From: a virus | DNA length: 64,000 bases | Virus record (IMG/VR): IMGVR_UViG_3300006921_000009 | Span: 1 to 64,000 of that record | Strand: one strand, 5' to 3' | Shown here: positions 45,557 through 54,786 of the stretch, piece by piece | Layout of the letters: each line of letters begins with the position of its first letter | How positions within the stretch are numbered: position 1 is the stretch's first letter | The notes under the pieces: generated by a model | Database searches by the model: none | What the model saw: the letters and a program-made list of their open reading frames with translations, nothing else | What the model was told of the DNA's origin: nothing | Program-made: the position numbers and the translations under genes

Positions 45557-45757
45557 ATGGAACACATTTATTATGCAGACTACTGCTATGGACAACCTGT
45601 TTATCTACGGACAGATCCTGAACAACTACCTAGAATAGTAACTAGACATGTAATCTCCAATACGGAAGTACAGTATGAGGTCACATGTGGCACACAAGTA
45701 CTACTTGTCCAGGGTATAGAACTATCGGAAGACAAGAATTTAGTATTGCATTTGTAA
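45557..45757 (+). CDS. Small hypothetical protein
   Basis: 66 aa; GQPVYLRTDPEQLPRIVT motif. Confidence 0.65.
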   Translation: MEHIYYADYCYGQPVYLRTDPEQLPRIVTRHVISNTEVQYEVTCGTQVLLVQGIELSEDKNLVLHL

Positions 45758-45775
45758 TTTTTTTTAGAAAAAGCT

Positions 45776-45805
45776 TGTGAGAACAGTTTAAATTTAGTAT
45801 CTTTG
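45776..45805 (+). promoter_or_regulatory. Bacteroidota promoter (-33 TTG / -7 TATCTTTG, 19-nt spacer) with no ORF downstream
   Basis: TTG 45776-45778, TATCTTTG 45798-45805. Confidence 0.65.
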
Positions 45806-45809
45806 TAAT

Positions 45810-46085
45810 GTAGCACTAATCTACGCACTTATAACACCTAACAAAAGGCGGACGTTATTTGGATCAGGTAAATACCCTTTTAAGGGTGCAGAACAAAAGA
45901 AACTTGTTAAGAAGGTTTAGGTACAAGTCTCTCTGGTGATGACAATGTCAGCAGTTCTTTATAGGTAGATTTCCAACAAACTTAGGGAGAGAAGGTTTGT
46001 TATACTATCTTTTAGTACACAGGCTACAAAACAATACTACTTCTTACTCTAATAGCCTGTACACAACTCTATTATAGGTGTAGAA
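45810..46085 (+). ncRNA. Candidate ~270-nt structured non-coding RNA
   Basis: Own promoter; closing ACACCTA/TAGGTGT; internal ACCCTT/AAGGGT, AACAAAC/GTTTGTT, ACAGGCTA/TAGCCTGT stems. Confidence 0.45.
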
Positions 46086-46174
46086 AATTCCCCCAAACTA
46101 ATATTCTCTATTATAATCTACATTACTTAATGCATTTTTTTGTCAAATTATTTTTTATAATGGAAAAGATTACG

Positions 46175-46182
46175 TATATTTG
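46175..46182 (+). promoter_or_regulatory. TAnnTTTG -7 promoter element
   Basis: TATATTTG upstream of micro-ORF 46211. Confidence 0.6.
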
Positions 46183-46210
46183 TAATAATTATTAACTAAA
46201 CATACAAGAT

Positions 46211-46306
46211 ATGGGATTTTTTACAGGATTGTTTCTAGGTGCACTATTAGGTGTGATTGGAGTTAAGTTGTTTCCAGCTGTTATCAAGTTGGTATACAAG
46301 AAATAA
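46211..46306 (+). CDS. Unlisted 31-aa membrane peptide (MGFFTGLFLGALLGVIGVKLFPAVIKLVYKK)
   Basis: Own promoter and terminator; single TM with a basic tail. Confidence 0.6.
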   Translation: MGFFTGLFLGALLGVIGVKLFPAVIKLVYKK

Positions 46307-46315
46307 TAATACATT

Positions 46316-46358
46316 GACTAGGTATCAGCTAAATAATGCTAATATCTAGTCTTTTTTT
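46316..46358 (+). terminator. Intrinsic terminator
   Basis: GACTAGGTATCAGC...GCTAATATCTAGTC-TTTTTTT. Confidence 0.75.
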
Positions 46359-46390
46359 GTTTATTTTATGGAAATAATAATAACAATTAC

Positions 46391-46421
46391 TTGTTAAAAC
46401 GAAATCAATTATGTATCTTTG
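46391..46421 (+). promoter_or_regulatory. Bacteroidota promoter (-33 TTG / -7 TATCTTTG, 20-nt spacer)
   Basis: Upstream of the HTH gene at 46454. Confidence 0.7.
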
Positions 46422-46453
46422 TATTAAGTAAACAAATAATGAACTAAAACATA

Positions 46454-46819
46454 ATGAAAAAGGAATTTAAAATTAACAAAAGTGAAAGGGAAGTCTTCCG
46501 CATGTATGTGGAATTGATTAGACCGTTCCTGAAGGGCTTACGTCCAAGGGAAGCTGATGTTTTTGCTGAGGTTCTTTATCGTTATTATAAGAAACGTGAT
46601 GTAGCTAATCAACGAGATAGAGTAGCATTAGTTTTAAATAGTGACAGTAGAGAGCAAATTGCTGACCAATTAGATATGAGTCAAGCAATATTAAGAAACG
46701 CAATCAGCTCGTTAAGAAAGAAAGGTATTCTAAAAGAAGGGAACATGATTCCTGAAGTATACCAATTAGATCTTAATAAAGGTAAACTAGACTTATCTTT
46801 TATATTTACAGTAGTTTAA
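46454..46819 (+). CDS. Winged HTH DNA-binding protein
   Basis: REQIADQLDMSQAILRNAISSLRKKGIL helix-turn-helix. Confidence 0.65.
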   Translation: MKKEFKINKSEREVFRMYVELIRPFLKGLRPREADVFAEVLYRYYKKRDVANQRDRVALVLNSDSREQIADQLDMSQAILRNAISSLRKKGILKEGNMIPEVYQLDLNKGKLDLSFIFTVV

Positions 46820-46846
46820 CTACTTAACTTTAACCGATGAGCAGAC

Positions 46847-46960
46847 ATGACAGCACAAGAAGAATATGACTTAATTGAATTGGGCTTCACTGAAGAGGAG
46901 ATCAAGGAAATCAAAGAGGCAGAAAAATCAGCTAAGAAAGACATCAAGGCTGGAAAATAA
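46847..46960 (+). CDS. Unlisted 37-aa charged peptide (MTAQEEYDLIELGFTEEEIKEIKEAEKSAKKDIKAGK)
   Basis: Fills the gap between the HTH and IHF-like genes. Confidence 0.55.
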   Translation: MTAQEEYDLIELGFTEEEIKEIKEAEKSAKKDIKAGK

Positions 46961-46967
46961 TTAAAAG

Positions 46968-47210
46968 ATGCAAAAGAGAGTAGAAAATATCATTAAGAAA
47001 GTAGCTAAGGAGTCCAACATTCCAGAGTATGTAGCTAAGGCTATAGTGGAATCCCAGTTCCAATGCGCTAGGGAAGCGATGAAGAAAGGAGAATCTGGAA
47101 ATCCGGCTACTTTTCTTAATGTGAGACTACGCCACATAGGCTTACTGGTAGCTAAACCAGGTAAAATCAATAAATTACACGCAGTGAGGGCTGCTAAACA
47201 AAAAAAGTAA
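46968..47210 (+). CDS. IHF/HU-like DNA-binding protein
   Basis: IIKKVAKESNIP..VAKAIV...VRLRHIGLL pattern; typical position in the crAss-like packaging block. Confidence 0.65.
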   Translation: MQKRVENIIKKVAKESNIPEYVAKAIVESQFQCAREAMKKGESGNPATFLNVRLRHIGLLVAKPGKINKLHAVRAAKQKK

Positions 47211-47212
47211 AC

Positions 47213-47530
47213 ATGACTGAGATTAAAACAGGATACCCAACAGTATTCGGAGGAGACGTAGTAATTGCTAACCCAGCAACAAAAGAGAAAGGTGCTAAAA
47301 TAGATGAGGAAGCATCTAAGTTACCTAACAAAGAGAAAGAGGCATTTCTAGCTACAGTATTGGCTAAAATGTGGGGAGAGATTGAAATCATTGCAGTTGC
47401 AGCTGATTGTGCACGTTTTGTTGCAGGTGATATCGCTTTAGGTACACCTGAATCAATGAAGGGAGCAACAGTTACACCAGATGGTCAATATCTTATTGTA
47501 AACGAAAGAACATTTAAAGGTAAATGGTAG
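47213..47530 (+). CDS. groES: GroES-like co-chaperonin (divergent)
   Basis: EIIAVA....VAGD....GQYLIVNE pattern; overlaps the groEL start. Confidence 0.65.
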   Translation: MTEIKTGYPTVFGGDVVIANPATKEKGAKIDEEASKLPNKEKEAFLATVLAKMWGEIEIIAVAADCARFVAGDIALGTPESMKGATVTPDGQYLIVNERTFKGKW

Positions 47531-49029
47531 GAGATTTTGTAACCATCTTAAAAGGAGAGGAGGTTCGTGCCAAATTATTAGAAGGTAGTACGGAGGCAGC
47601 TGATGCTGTCTCTACTACTTTTGGACCTTATGGTAAAAACGTGGCAATCACTATGAAGTACAATGTACCTGTAGTGACAAAGGATGGTGCAACAGTAGCA
47701 GGGTATATTAAGTTAAGAGACCAGGCTAAGAATGTAGCAGCACAATTAATTAACCAAGCAGCAAATGAGACTGCTAAGATTGCAGGTGACGGTACTACTA
47801 GTACTACAGTATTAACTAAAGGTCTTGTTGAGAGAGCTTTTAAATTAATTTCTACTGGTGTTCAGCCTATGCAACTAAAAAGAGATCTACTAGCTGTACA
47901 ACCTATAGTGTTAAGTGAGTTAGCTAAGATGAGTTCTCCAGTAGGACCAACCAGTATTAAATCAATTGCTCTTGTAGCCTGTAATGGTGATGACGCAATG
48001 GCTGAATTAGTTACTGAAGCTTTTTCTGTAGTAGGAGAAGGAGGTCACGTTACTGTAGCAGACTCACGTAGCTATGAAACTACACTAGATGCAACAGACG
48101 GTATTAAATTAGATCGTTCACATATCTTGCCTTCATTAGCAGGTGGTAGAACAAACATAAGACATAAAGACTGTAAGATTGCAGTACTAGATATGGATAT
48201 TACAACTGCAGAAGATGCATTGACTATCTTAGGTGTCCAGGAAGAACTTGGTAATCCTTTATTAGTTATTTGTAATGACCTAACGGGTGCAGCAGCAGAA
48301 GTTATAGCATTTAATAAAGAGAAGCATAAAATTGCCCTTGAGGTGATACGTGCTCCTTTCATTGCGGAAGCAAGAAAAGAGGCGTGCATTGATCTGGCAT
48401 GCGTTGCTGGCGCAACGCTTTTGAGTAAGCAAGCAGGTTGGGAAGTATCTGACTTTCAAGCTACACACTGTGGTAGTTCTGAAAGCGTTGAGATGACTTT
48501 AAAGGAAACGAACATTATTGGAAGACTCGGTAATGAGGAAGAGATCGCAAAGAGAGTATCGTTTTACGAAGATAAGATAGCAGAGGACAAAGAAGGACTA
48601 GGAGATAACTATAAGAAAAGGTTAGCTTTCTTTACTTCAGGTGCAGCTGTTATTTATGTAGGAGGATCAAATGAAACAGAAGTTGGAGAAAAGAAGACTA
48701 GAATTGATGATACAATCCGTGCAGTACGTAGTGCTATGGAAGAAGGATTCGTTACCGGTGGTGGATTGACTTATGGTCGCCTGGCAATCGGAGACCTAGC
48801 GAAGAAGTCTACGGAAGGAGCAGCAATACTATCAGAAGCTTTAGCTGACATTGTAAATGTTATTCTAAGTAACTCTGGTATTGTTACACCGGCTCAGCAT
48901 AAAGAAAGTGTAGAGACGTTAAACATTATAGATCCAACGTTAGTAATTAAATCAACAATCACGAATGCAATTGGCGCAGCCACTATGATATTCACAACAG
49001 ATTGTATAGTAATTAGAGAGGAAGATTAA
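47524..49029 (+). CDS. groEL: Group I chaperonin GroEL
   Basis: TFGPYG, VTKDGATVA, AGDGTTSTTVL, VGGSNETEVGEKK, GGG, IIDPT. Confidence 0.95.
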   Translation: MVGDFVTILKGEEVRAKLLEGSTEAADAVSTTFGPYGKNVAITMKYNVPVVTKDGATVAGYIKLRDQAKNVAAQLINQAANETAKIAGDGTTSTTVLTKGLVERAFKLISTGVQPMQLKRDLLAVQPIVLSELAKMSSPVGPTSIKSIALVACNGDDAMAELVTEAFSVVGEGGHVTVADSRSYETTLDATDGIKLDRSHILPSLAGGRTNIRHKDCKIAVLDMDITTAEDALTILGVQEELGNPLLVICNDLTGAAAEVIAFNKEKHKIALEVIRAPFIAEARKEACIDLACVAGATLLSKQAGWEVSDFQATHCGSSESVEMTLKETNIIGRLGNEEEIAKRVSFYEDKIAEDKEGLGDNYKKRLAFFTSGAAVIYVGGSNETEVGEKKTRIDDTIRAVRSAMEEGFVTGGGLTYGRLAIGDLAKKSTEGAAILSEALADIVNVILSNSGIVTPAQHKESVETLNIIDPTLVIKSTITNAIGAATMIFTTDCIVIREED

Positions 49030-49030
49030 T

Positions 49031-49318
49031 ATGGAAAAAAAGGAAGAGTTCATAACTGAGCTAGAGAATTTCTTAACTGTAGTAAAAGACAATGGTATTT
49101 CTGCCATTGCCTTTTGCTCAGATGAGGAAGAGAGGATGAGGTTGTTAGGATTTATGCAAAGCATAACGAGACAAGAGATTAAATTAAAACAATTATTCAA
49201 AGCTTATGACGATGAGATGAATCTAGAGATTATAGCAGATGGGGATGAATTAGACCTAGAAACTATTGCAAAAGGTGATTCTATGTTACAAGCTGTAAAA
49301 ATAGACGGAAATGGTTAG
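49031..49318 (+). CDS. Hypothetical protein
   Basis: 95-aa ORF. Confidence 0.6.
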   Translation: MEKKEEFITELENFLTVVKDNGISAIAFCSDEEERMRLLGFMQSITRQEIKLKQLFKAYDDEMNLEIIADGDELDLETIAKGDSMLQAVKIDGNG

Positions 49319-49886
49319 TATGGTTAAAACCTGGCTTATCAATGAAAATTACTGGACTCTTCACCCTATGGTGCAAGAGTTTAGTGCGTTTAAGAAGTTA
49401 CATAGTAAAGATAAATCTAAAGGCAAAAAAGAATCCTCTAAGTTAATGTGGGGAATAGCAATGCTTATAGATCCACATGAAGATAACAAGCTACGTACTC
49501 AACCACATGAGACACGTATCAAAATTATTAATGAGGATTGGTTTGATCCTAAATTTAATTGGAATCATCCAGAGATAGTAGAGCTTATAGAGACCTATAA
49601 AGATTTTTGTTTGACTGTGTCAGAGAAAGAGTTAGTTAGGTATGAGAAGAAGTTAGCTCAAAGAGGTGACTTTATTGATAGAACTAATTACTCGCTAGAC
49701 GCTTATGATGAAGACTCAGGTAAAGTAATTAAAGGAACAGCAGCACAACTAGATAAAATGATGGTAGACTCAGGCAAGATATTTGATGAGTTAGAGAAAA
49801 TCAAAGAGAAGATCGGTAAAGAGGATATAGACGGACAACTGAAAGGTGGAGCTATAGAATCAGCTGCTGATAAAGGAGAAATATAA
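49311..49886 (+). CDS. Protein upstream of terminase (candidate small terminase subunit)
   Basis: Stop overlaps the terL start; helical. Confidence 0.45.
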   Translation: MVSMVKTWLINENYWTLHPMVQEFSAFKKLHSKDKSKGKKESSKLMWGIAMLIDPHEDNKLRTQPHETRIKIINEDWFDPKFNWNHPEIVELIETYKDFCLTVSEKELVRYEKKLAQRGDFIDRTNYSLDAYDEDSGKVIKGTAAQLDKMMVDSGKIFDELEKIKEKIGKEDIDGQLKGGAIESAADKGEI

Positions 49887-52189
49887 TGGGAGATATAGTA
49901 GATCACTTTATAAAGATTAAGAACCGTAATAATTTCTTAATTTCAGAAGTGCCTAAGTTGCATCCGCAGTCATTAGGTTACTTAAAATATTGGAAGAGAC
50001 ACAAGAAACGTATCATTGAAGGTTTCTGGTCACAAGATAATGCAAACATATCAGTTAACGTAGATGAAGATCTAAGTAAAGATGTATTAAATAGTAAAGG
50101 AGCCTGGCGATTTATGCCAGGTAACCTTTATTTTTATGTTAACTTTGGTATTATATTGCATAGACCAGAAGACGCACCAAAGTCAGCACCTAAAAGTAAG
50201 ATACGTCCTTTGCTCAGAGATATAGACTGGGAGCTATTCTATAATCTCTTAGAGGCTAGAGGGTTTTCAGGGTTTGCGGATGATGAACAATACTCTTCTA
50301 ACAAAGAGTTAATTAAAAAAGATTTTAAGGGTAAACATGATAAAACATGCTTTAACTCTAAAGGAGAACTAAAAGAATACATAGATCCTAGGGAGTATTT
50401 GCGTAAGCTACATACTAAACCACTAGGGATGCCATTGTATGAGAATATGGCACAAGATTTTTTCTGGTTTGCCTGTCGTGGTATTGGAAAGTCTTTTAGT
50501 ATCGGTGTAGGAACTATTCTACATGAGCTAATAACAGACGGAGCTAAAGCCTATACAGAACAGTCAAGAAAGAATCCATCTAAAGTAGAGTTGTTCGTAG
50601 GAGCAGCATTATCTTCTAAGTCATCAGACTTATTAGCTAAAACAAAACAAGGAATGGAAAATCTTCCTGGAGATTGGGAAGAAGGAGAGTTCTACACACC
50701 ATCACCATTAGCTAAGACTATGGGCGGTGGACTAGGACCAAATAATATGAAGAAACCATGGGCTAACCTTTATGAAAAGAAAGTTGGTGGTACATGGAAG
50801 TCATACGGATCAGGTTCTAATATCAAACACGGTATTTATACTTCTGAGAATCCAGAGGCAGCAGCCGGTGGTCGTTATGCATTAGCAGTAGTAGAGGAGT
50901 GGGGTCTTTTAGGGAACTCATTAACTGTACACGGTTCTAATACAGCCACAATGATGGATTACCCTTGGAAATTTGGTACAGGTGTGTGGATAGGAACCGG
51001 TGGTAACGTTGAGAAGATACAAGAAGGTGAGATTATGTTTAGAAACCCTAAAGGTTTTGAGGCACTATCTTTTCCAGACTTATGGGAGTCATCCGGAGAT
51101 ATTGGTTGGTTTGTACCGGCTTACTACGGGATGAATGACTTTAAAGACAAGAACGGTAATACTGATGTTGCTGCAGCAATGGAATTTATTGAGGATAGAC
51201 GTGCAGAGAAGCGTAGATCAAAAGATTCATCTGCATTATCATTAGAAATGATGAATTACCCTATTGTACCATCTGAAATGTTTTTGAATGCTAAAGGAGC
51301 TATGTTCCCACAAGCAGAATTAAAAGTTCAGTTAGCCAATGTTACATCTAGACCACAAGAGTTTGAGAATGCTCACTACCATGGTGACCTAGTATGGGAC
51401 GATAAAGGAAAATTAAAATGGCAAAGGACCTCAGCACAAAAGCTAGAGAGACAATACCCAATTGATAACAATAAAGATCGCCCTGGTGTAATAGAGATTA
51501 TAGAGATGCCTAAGAAAGATAACAATGGTAATGTAATTACTAATCGTTATATTCAAGGGACGGATACATATGATGATGATGAATCTAAAACAACATCATT
51601 AGGATCTACATTTATAATGGACACCTGGACAGAAAGAATTGTAGCTGAGTATACGGGACGTAGAGGAACTAAAGATTTCTATGAGATATGTAGGAAACTT
51701 AACATCTTCTATAAGTCTATACACAACTATGAGCAGAATAAGAAAGGTTTATACACATACTACGACCAAAAGAACAGTACACATTTATTATGTGATACTC
51801 CAGAGTCTTTAAGAGATGTCGCAGATATTACTATATCTAAGATAGGTAACAAAAGAAAAGGTACGTATGCTTCTAAACCAATTAACGCTTACGGATTAAG
51901 GCTAATACTTGACTGGCTTACATCTCCTGCATACGGAGAAGATGAAGATAGTGAGATCTTAAATTTACACAAGTTACGTAATGAAGGTCTAATCAGAGAG
52001 TTAATGAACTTTAACACAGAGGGCAACTTTGATAGGGTGTCAGCTATGATTATGGTAATGATAATAAAAGAAGAGAGGATTAAGTTTGTAGAAAGAAAAC
52101 AGCGTCAAAAAGTAGCTACATTGCTAGATGATGAGTTTTTTACTAGGAATTTTGAGCAGAGAATCCAGAAAGGGTTTGGAAATGGTTAA
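49886..52189 (+). CDS. terL: Terminase large subunit
   Basis: CRGIGKS Walker A, VVEEWG Walker B, GTGG, QGTDTYD nuclease Asp, NFDRVSA. Confidence 0.92.
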   Translation: MGDIVDHFIKIKNRNNFLISEVPKLHPQSLGYLKYWKRHKKRIIEGFWSQDNANISVNVDEDLSKDVLNSKGAWRFMPGNLYFYVNFGIILHRPEDAPKSAPKSKIRPLLRDIDWELFYNLLEARGFSGFADDEQYSSNKELIKKDFKGKHDKTCFNSKGELKEYIDPREYLRKLHTKPLGMPLYENMAQDFFWFACRGIGKSFSIGVGTILHELITDGAKAYTEQSRKNPSKVELFVGAALSSKSSDLLAKTKQGMENLPGDWEEGEFYTPSPLAKTMGGGLGPNNMKKPWANLYEKKVGGTWKSYGSGSNIKHGIYTSENPEAAAGGRYALAVVEEWGLLGNSLTVHGSNTATMMDYPWKFGTGVWIGTGGNVEKIQEGEIMFRNPKGFEALSFPDLWESSGDIGWFVPAYYGMNDFKDKNGNTDVAAAMEFIEDRRAEKRRSKDSSALSLEMMNYPIVPSEMFLNAKGAMFPQAELKVQLANVTSRPQEFENAHYHGDLVWDDKGKLKWQRTSAQKLERQYPIDNNKDRPGVIEIIEMPKKDNNGNVITNRYIQGTDTYDDDESKTTSLGSTFIMDTWTERIVAEYTGRRGTKDFYEICRKLNIFYKSIHNYEQNKKGLYTYYDQKNSTHLLCDTPESLRDVADITISKIGNKRKGTYASKPINAYGLRLILDWLTSPAYGEDEDSEILNLHKLRNEGLIRELMNFNTEGNFDRVSAMIMVMIIKEERIKFVERKQRQKVATLLDDEFFTRNFEQRIQKGFGNG

Positions 52190-52206
52190 ATAAATAAGTA
52201 TCTTTG
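52175..52206 (+). promoter_or_regulatory. Bacteroidota promoter (-33 TTTG / -7 TATCTTTG, 20-nt spacer)
   Basis: Upstream of the portal gene. Confidence 0.7.
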
Positions 52207-52235
52207 TAAAACAATCTTAAACAACTAATTAAGAA

Positions 52236-54656
52236 ATGAGTATATATACAGACGCAGAGTTTCCTTCTCAGAAGAGAAGTAAAGCTCAAAAGAATAAGGC
52301 TTGGCGTAAAAGTTGTGTAAATGGAGCTGAACAATTAGCTCTATTTGCTGACGAAGGTGTCAGGTCTTCTTACAGAAACAAGAGAATTAATTATGATCTC
52401 TATTCTGACATTCTAGATCCAGCAGATGTGGAGAAAATTTGTAATCCTATGATGACGCCAGGTTTGGCTGCACCAGCAAAGATGCAAAACTATCCTATTT
52501 GTAATCCTAAGATTGACCTATTAGTAGGTGAGTCTATTAGTAGGAAGTTTGATTGGAAAGTAAGAGTATTGAATGATGATGCTATCTCTGAGAAAGAATC
52601 AGAATTACTTGAGAAGTTCACAGGCTTAATGACAGCTCACATATCTAACAAAGATATTACTGAGGAGCAAATGAAAGCAGAACTTAACAAGTTCCAGCAA
52701 TGGGCTGATTACGAGTACCAAGATTTACGTGAACGTACAGCAACGCAAATATTAGAGTACCTTTATAAAGACCTTAGATTACACCATGTGTTTTCACAAG
52801 GATTTAAAGATGCTTTAATCTCAGCAGAAGAATGCTACCAAGCAGATATTATTGCTGGTGAGCCTGTACTAAGAAAAAGAAACCCTAAGAATGTACACAC
52901 GGTACGTTCAGGAGAATCTAACAAGATTGAGGATTCTGATATTATAGCTTTAGTAGGTTATAATTCTCCAGGACAAATTGTTGATGAGTTTCATGAATAC
53001 CTAACTGATATAGAGGTAGCTAGAATAGAAGGTGGTTTAACATCTGCAGAGTCTAGTCCAGGTAAAGGTGGAATTGACATTGGTAAGAAAGGTGATTTAC
53101 CTTTAGCTTCTAATGACGGTATCCTGATGAGTTCATTGGCTAATGACGTAGGATACGGATCACAATTTGATGATAGTGGAAACATTAGAGTAACACAAGT
53201 ATACTGGAAGTCTTTACGTAAGGTAAAGAAAGTAAAGTATTATGATGAAGAAGGTGAAGAACAACACGACATCTTTGATGAGTCATATAAAATAAATAAA
53301 GAAGCAGGTGAAGAAGAAACTATTCTTTGGATATCTGAATGGTGGGAAGGAACTAAAATTGGTGGTAACATCGGTGAAGGTAGTGACTCAGCAATATACG
53401 TTAAGATGCAACCTAGACCTATACAGTTTAGATCAATGGAGAACCCAAGTAAATGTCATCCTGGTATTGTAGGAACAGTTTACAACACTAATGATAACAA
53501 AGGTGTTTCTCTTATGGACCGTATGAAGCCTTACCAATATCTATACAATGTATTAGCTTATAATACAGAAGTATCTATTGCTAAGAACTACGGTAAGATT
53601 ATGCGTATTGATATGGCTAGTATCCCTGAGAATTGGAAGGTTGATAAATGGTTAAGTTTTGCACAAGGTATGAACGTAGCTTTTTATGATTCTTTTAAAG
53701 AGGGTAACAAAGGTGCATCACAAGGTAAGATAGCAGGAACAATGAATCAAAATGCTCCTGTAATTGACTTAGAGATGGGTAACACTATACAGCTCTATAT
53801 GAACATGATGGCATTTATCAAGCAAGAGCTTGGTGAGATTGCTGGAGTATCATCTGCTAGACAAGGACAAATACACAGTAGACAATCTGTAGGTAACACA
53901 CAGACAGAGATGACACAATCATCACACATTACTGAGTACTGGTTTCTTGAGCATGAAGAGACTAAATTAAGAGCAATGAACATTTTGTTAGAGACAGCAA
54001 AACACGCTTGGAGAGATAAGTCTAACAAAAAAGTACAACACGTACTAGATGATGGTTCTACTACAATGTTTGATGTAGATACAGAACAATTTAGAGAATC
54101 AGAATTTGGTTTACAAATAACTAACGGTAATAACTCACACGAGATACTACAAACAATGAAAGGATTAGCTCACGCAGGTATACAAACTGGAGCAGTTAAC
54201 TTTACACAGTTGTTAGATATTTACTCTACAGCATCTACAGGTTCTATACGTAGAAAACTTGAAAGAGCAGAACGTGAGAAACTGGAGCGTGAAGATAAGA
54301 ATGCAGAACGTCAACAAGAAATGCAACGTGAACAAGCTGCTGCGATGGCTAAAGAAGCCGAGAAAGCAAGAGATTTCCAACGTGAAGAGTGGGACAGAAA
54401 GTCAATGATCAATGATGATAACAATGACACTAAGCTTGAGATAGAACGTATGCGTAAGGATAATGAAGATTCAAGATATTATGAAGAATCTAAATTAAAC
54501 AAAAACGATGACGGAGGACATATGCATGCAATGCATGAGTTAAAGGTTGAGGCAGATAAGATTAAACGTGATTATGAGCTTAAAAATAAAGAACTTGCTG
54601 AGAAGATAAGATCTAATAAAGCTAACGAAAAAATCAAAGCTAAGGCTAAGAAATAA
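52236..54656 (+). CDS. Portal protein
   Basis: 806 aa after terL; FPSQK, YPICNPKIDLLVGE, SLMDRMKPYQYLYN; C-terminal coiled coil. Confidence 0.88.
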   Translation: MSIYTDAEFPSQKRSKAQKNKAWRKSCVNGAEQLALFADEGVRSSYRNKRINYDLYSDILDPADVEKICNPMMTPGLAAPAKMQNYPICNPKIDLLVGESISRKFDWKVRVLNDDAISEKESELLEKFTGLMTAHISNKDITEEQMKAELNKFQQWADYEYQDLRERTATQILEYLYKDLRLHHVFSQGFKDALISAEECYQADIIAGEPVLRKRNPKNVHTVRSGESNKIEDSDIIALVGYNSPGQIVDEFHEYLTDIEVARIEGGLTSAESSPGKGGIDIGKKGDLPLASNDGILMSSLANDVGYGSQFDDSGNIRVTQVYWKSLRKVKKVKYYDEEGEEQHDIFDESYKINKEAGEEETILWISEWWEGTKIGGNIGEGSDSAIYVKMQPRPIQFRSMENPSKCHPGIVGTVYNTNDNKGVSLMDRMKPYQYLYNVLAYNTEVSIAKNYGKIMRIDMASIPENWKVDKWLSFAQGMNVAFYDSFKEGNKGASQGKIAGTMNQNAPVIDLEMGNTIQLYMNMMAFIKQELGEIAGVSSARQGQIHSRQSVGNTQTEMTQSSHITEYWFLEHEETKLRAMNILLETAKHAWRDKSNKKVQHVLDDGSTTMFDVDTEQFRESEFGLQITNGNNSHEILQTMKGLAHAGIQTGAVNFTQLLDIYSTASTGSIRRKLERAEREKLEREDKNAERQQEMQREQAAAMAKEAEKARDFQREEWDRKSMINDDNNDTKLEIERMRKDNEDSRYYEESKLNKNDDGGHMHAMHELKVEADKIKRDYELKNKELAEKIRSNKANEKIKAKAKK

Positions 54657-54669
54657 AAGAAGTTACAGG

Positions 54670-54698
54670 AGTGATAGTTAATTTTAGCTATCACTTTT
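54670..54698 (+). terminator. Intrinsic terminator after portal
   Basis: AGTGATAGTTA-ATTT-TAGCTATCACT-TTT. Confidence 0.65.
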
Positions 54699-54753
54699 GT
54701 AATTTTTATTATTATGGAACGTAATTTATAGTAGATAATTAAAATAATATATC

Positions 54754-54761
54754 TATATTTG
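54754..54761 (+). promoter_or_regulatory. TAnnTTTG -7 promoter element
   Basis: TATATTTG upstream of the scaffold gene. Confidence 0.6.
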
Positions 54762-54786
54762 TAATAAGTAAACAAAAACAGAGAGA

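Noticed and set aside
34900-46450. Canonical tRNA genes or a CRISPR array in the intergenic regions
   Set aside because: No full cloverleaf with a TTCRA loop and no regularly spaced repeat-spacer series were found by eye; the only repeats occur twice.
15937-52189. Introns, inteins or homing endonucleases in nrdJ, polA, dnaB or terL
   Set aside because: ORFs are continuous and of normal length, with no intein splice motifs or LAGLIDADG/HNH ORFs evident.
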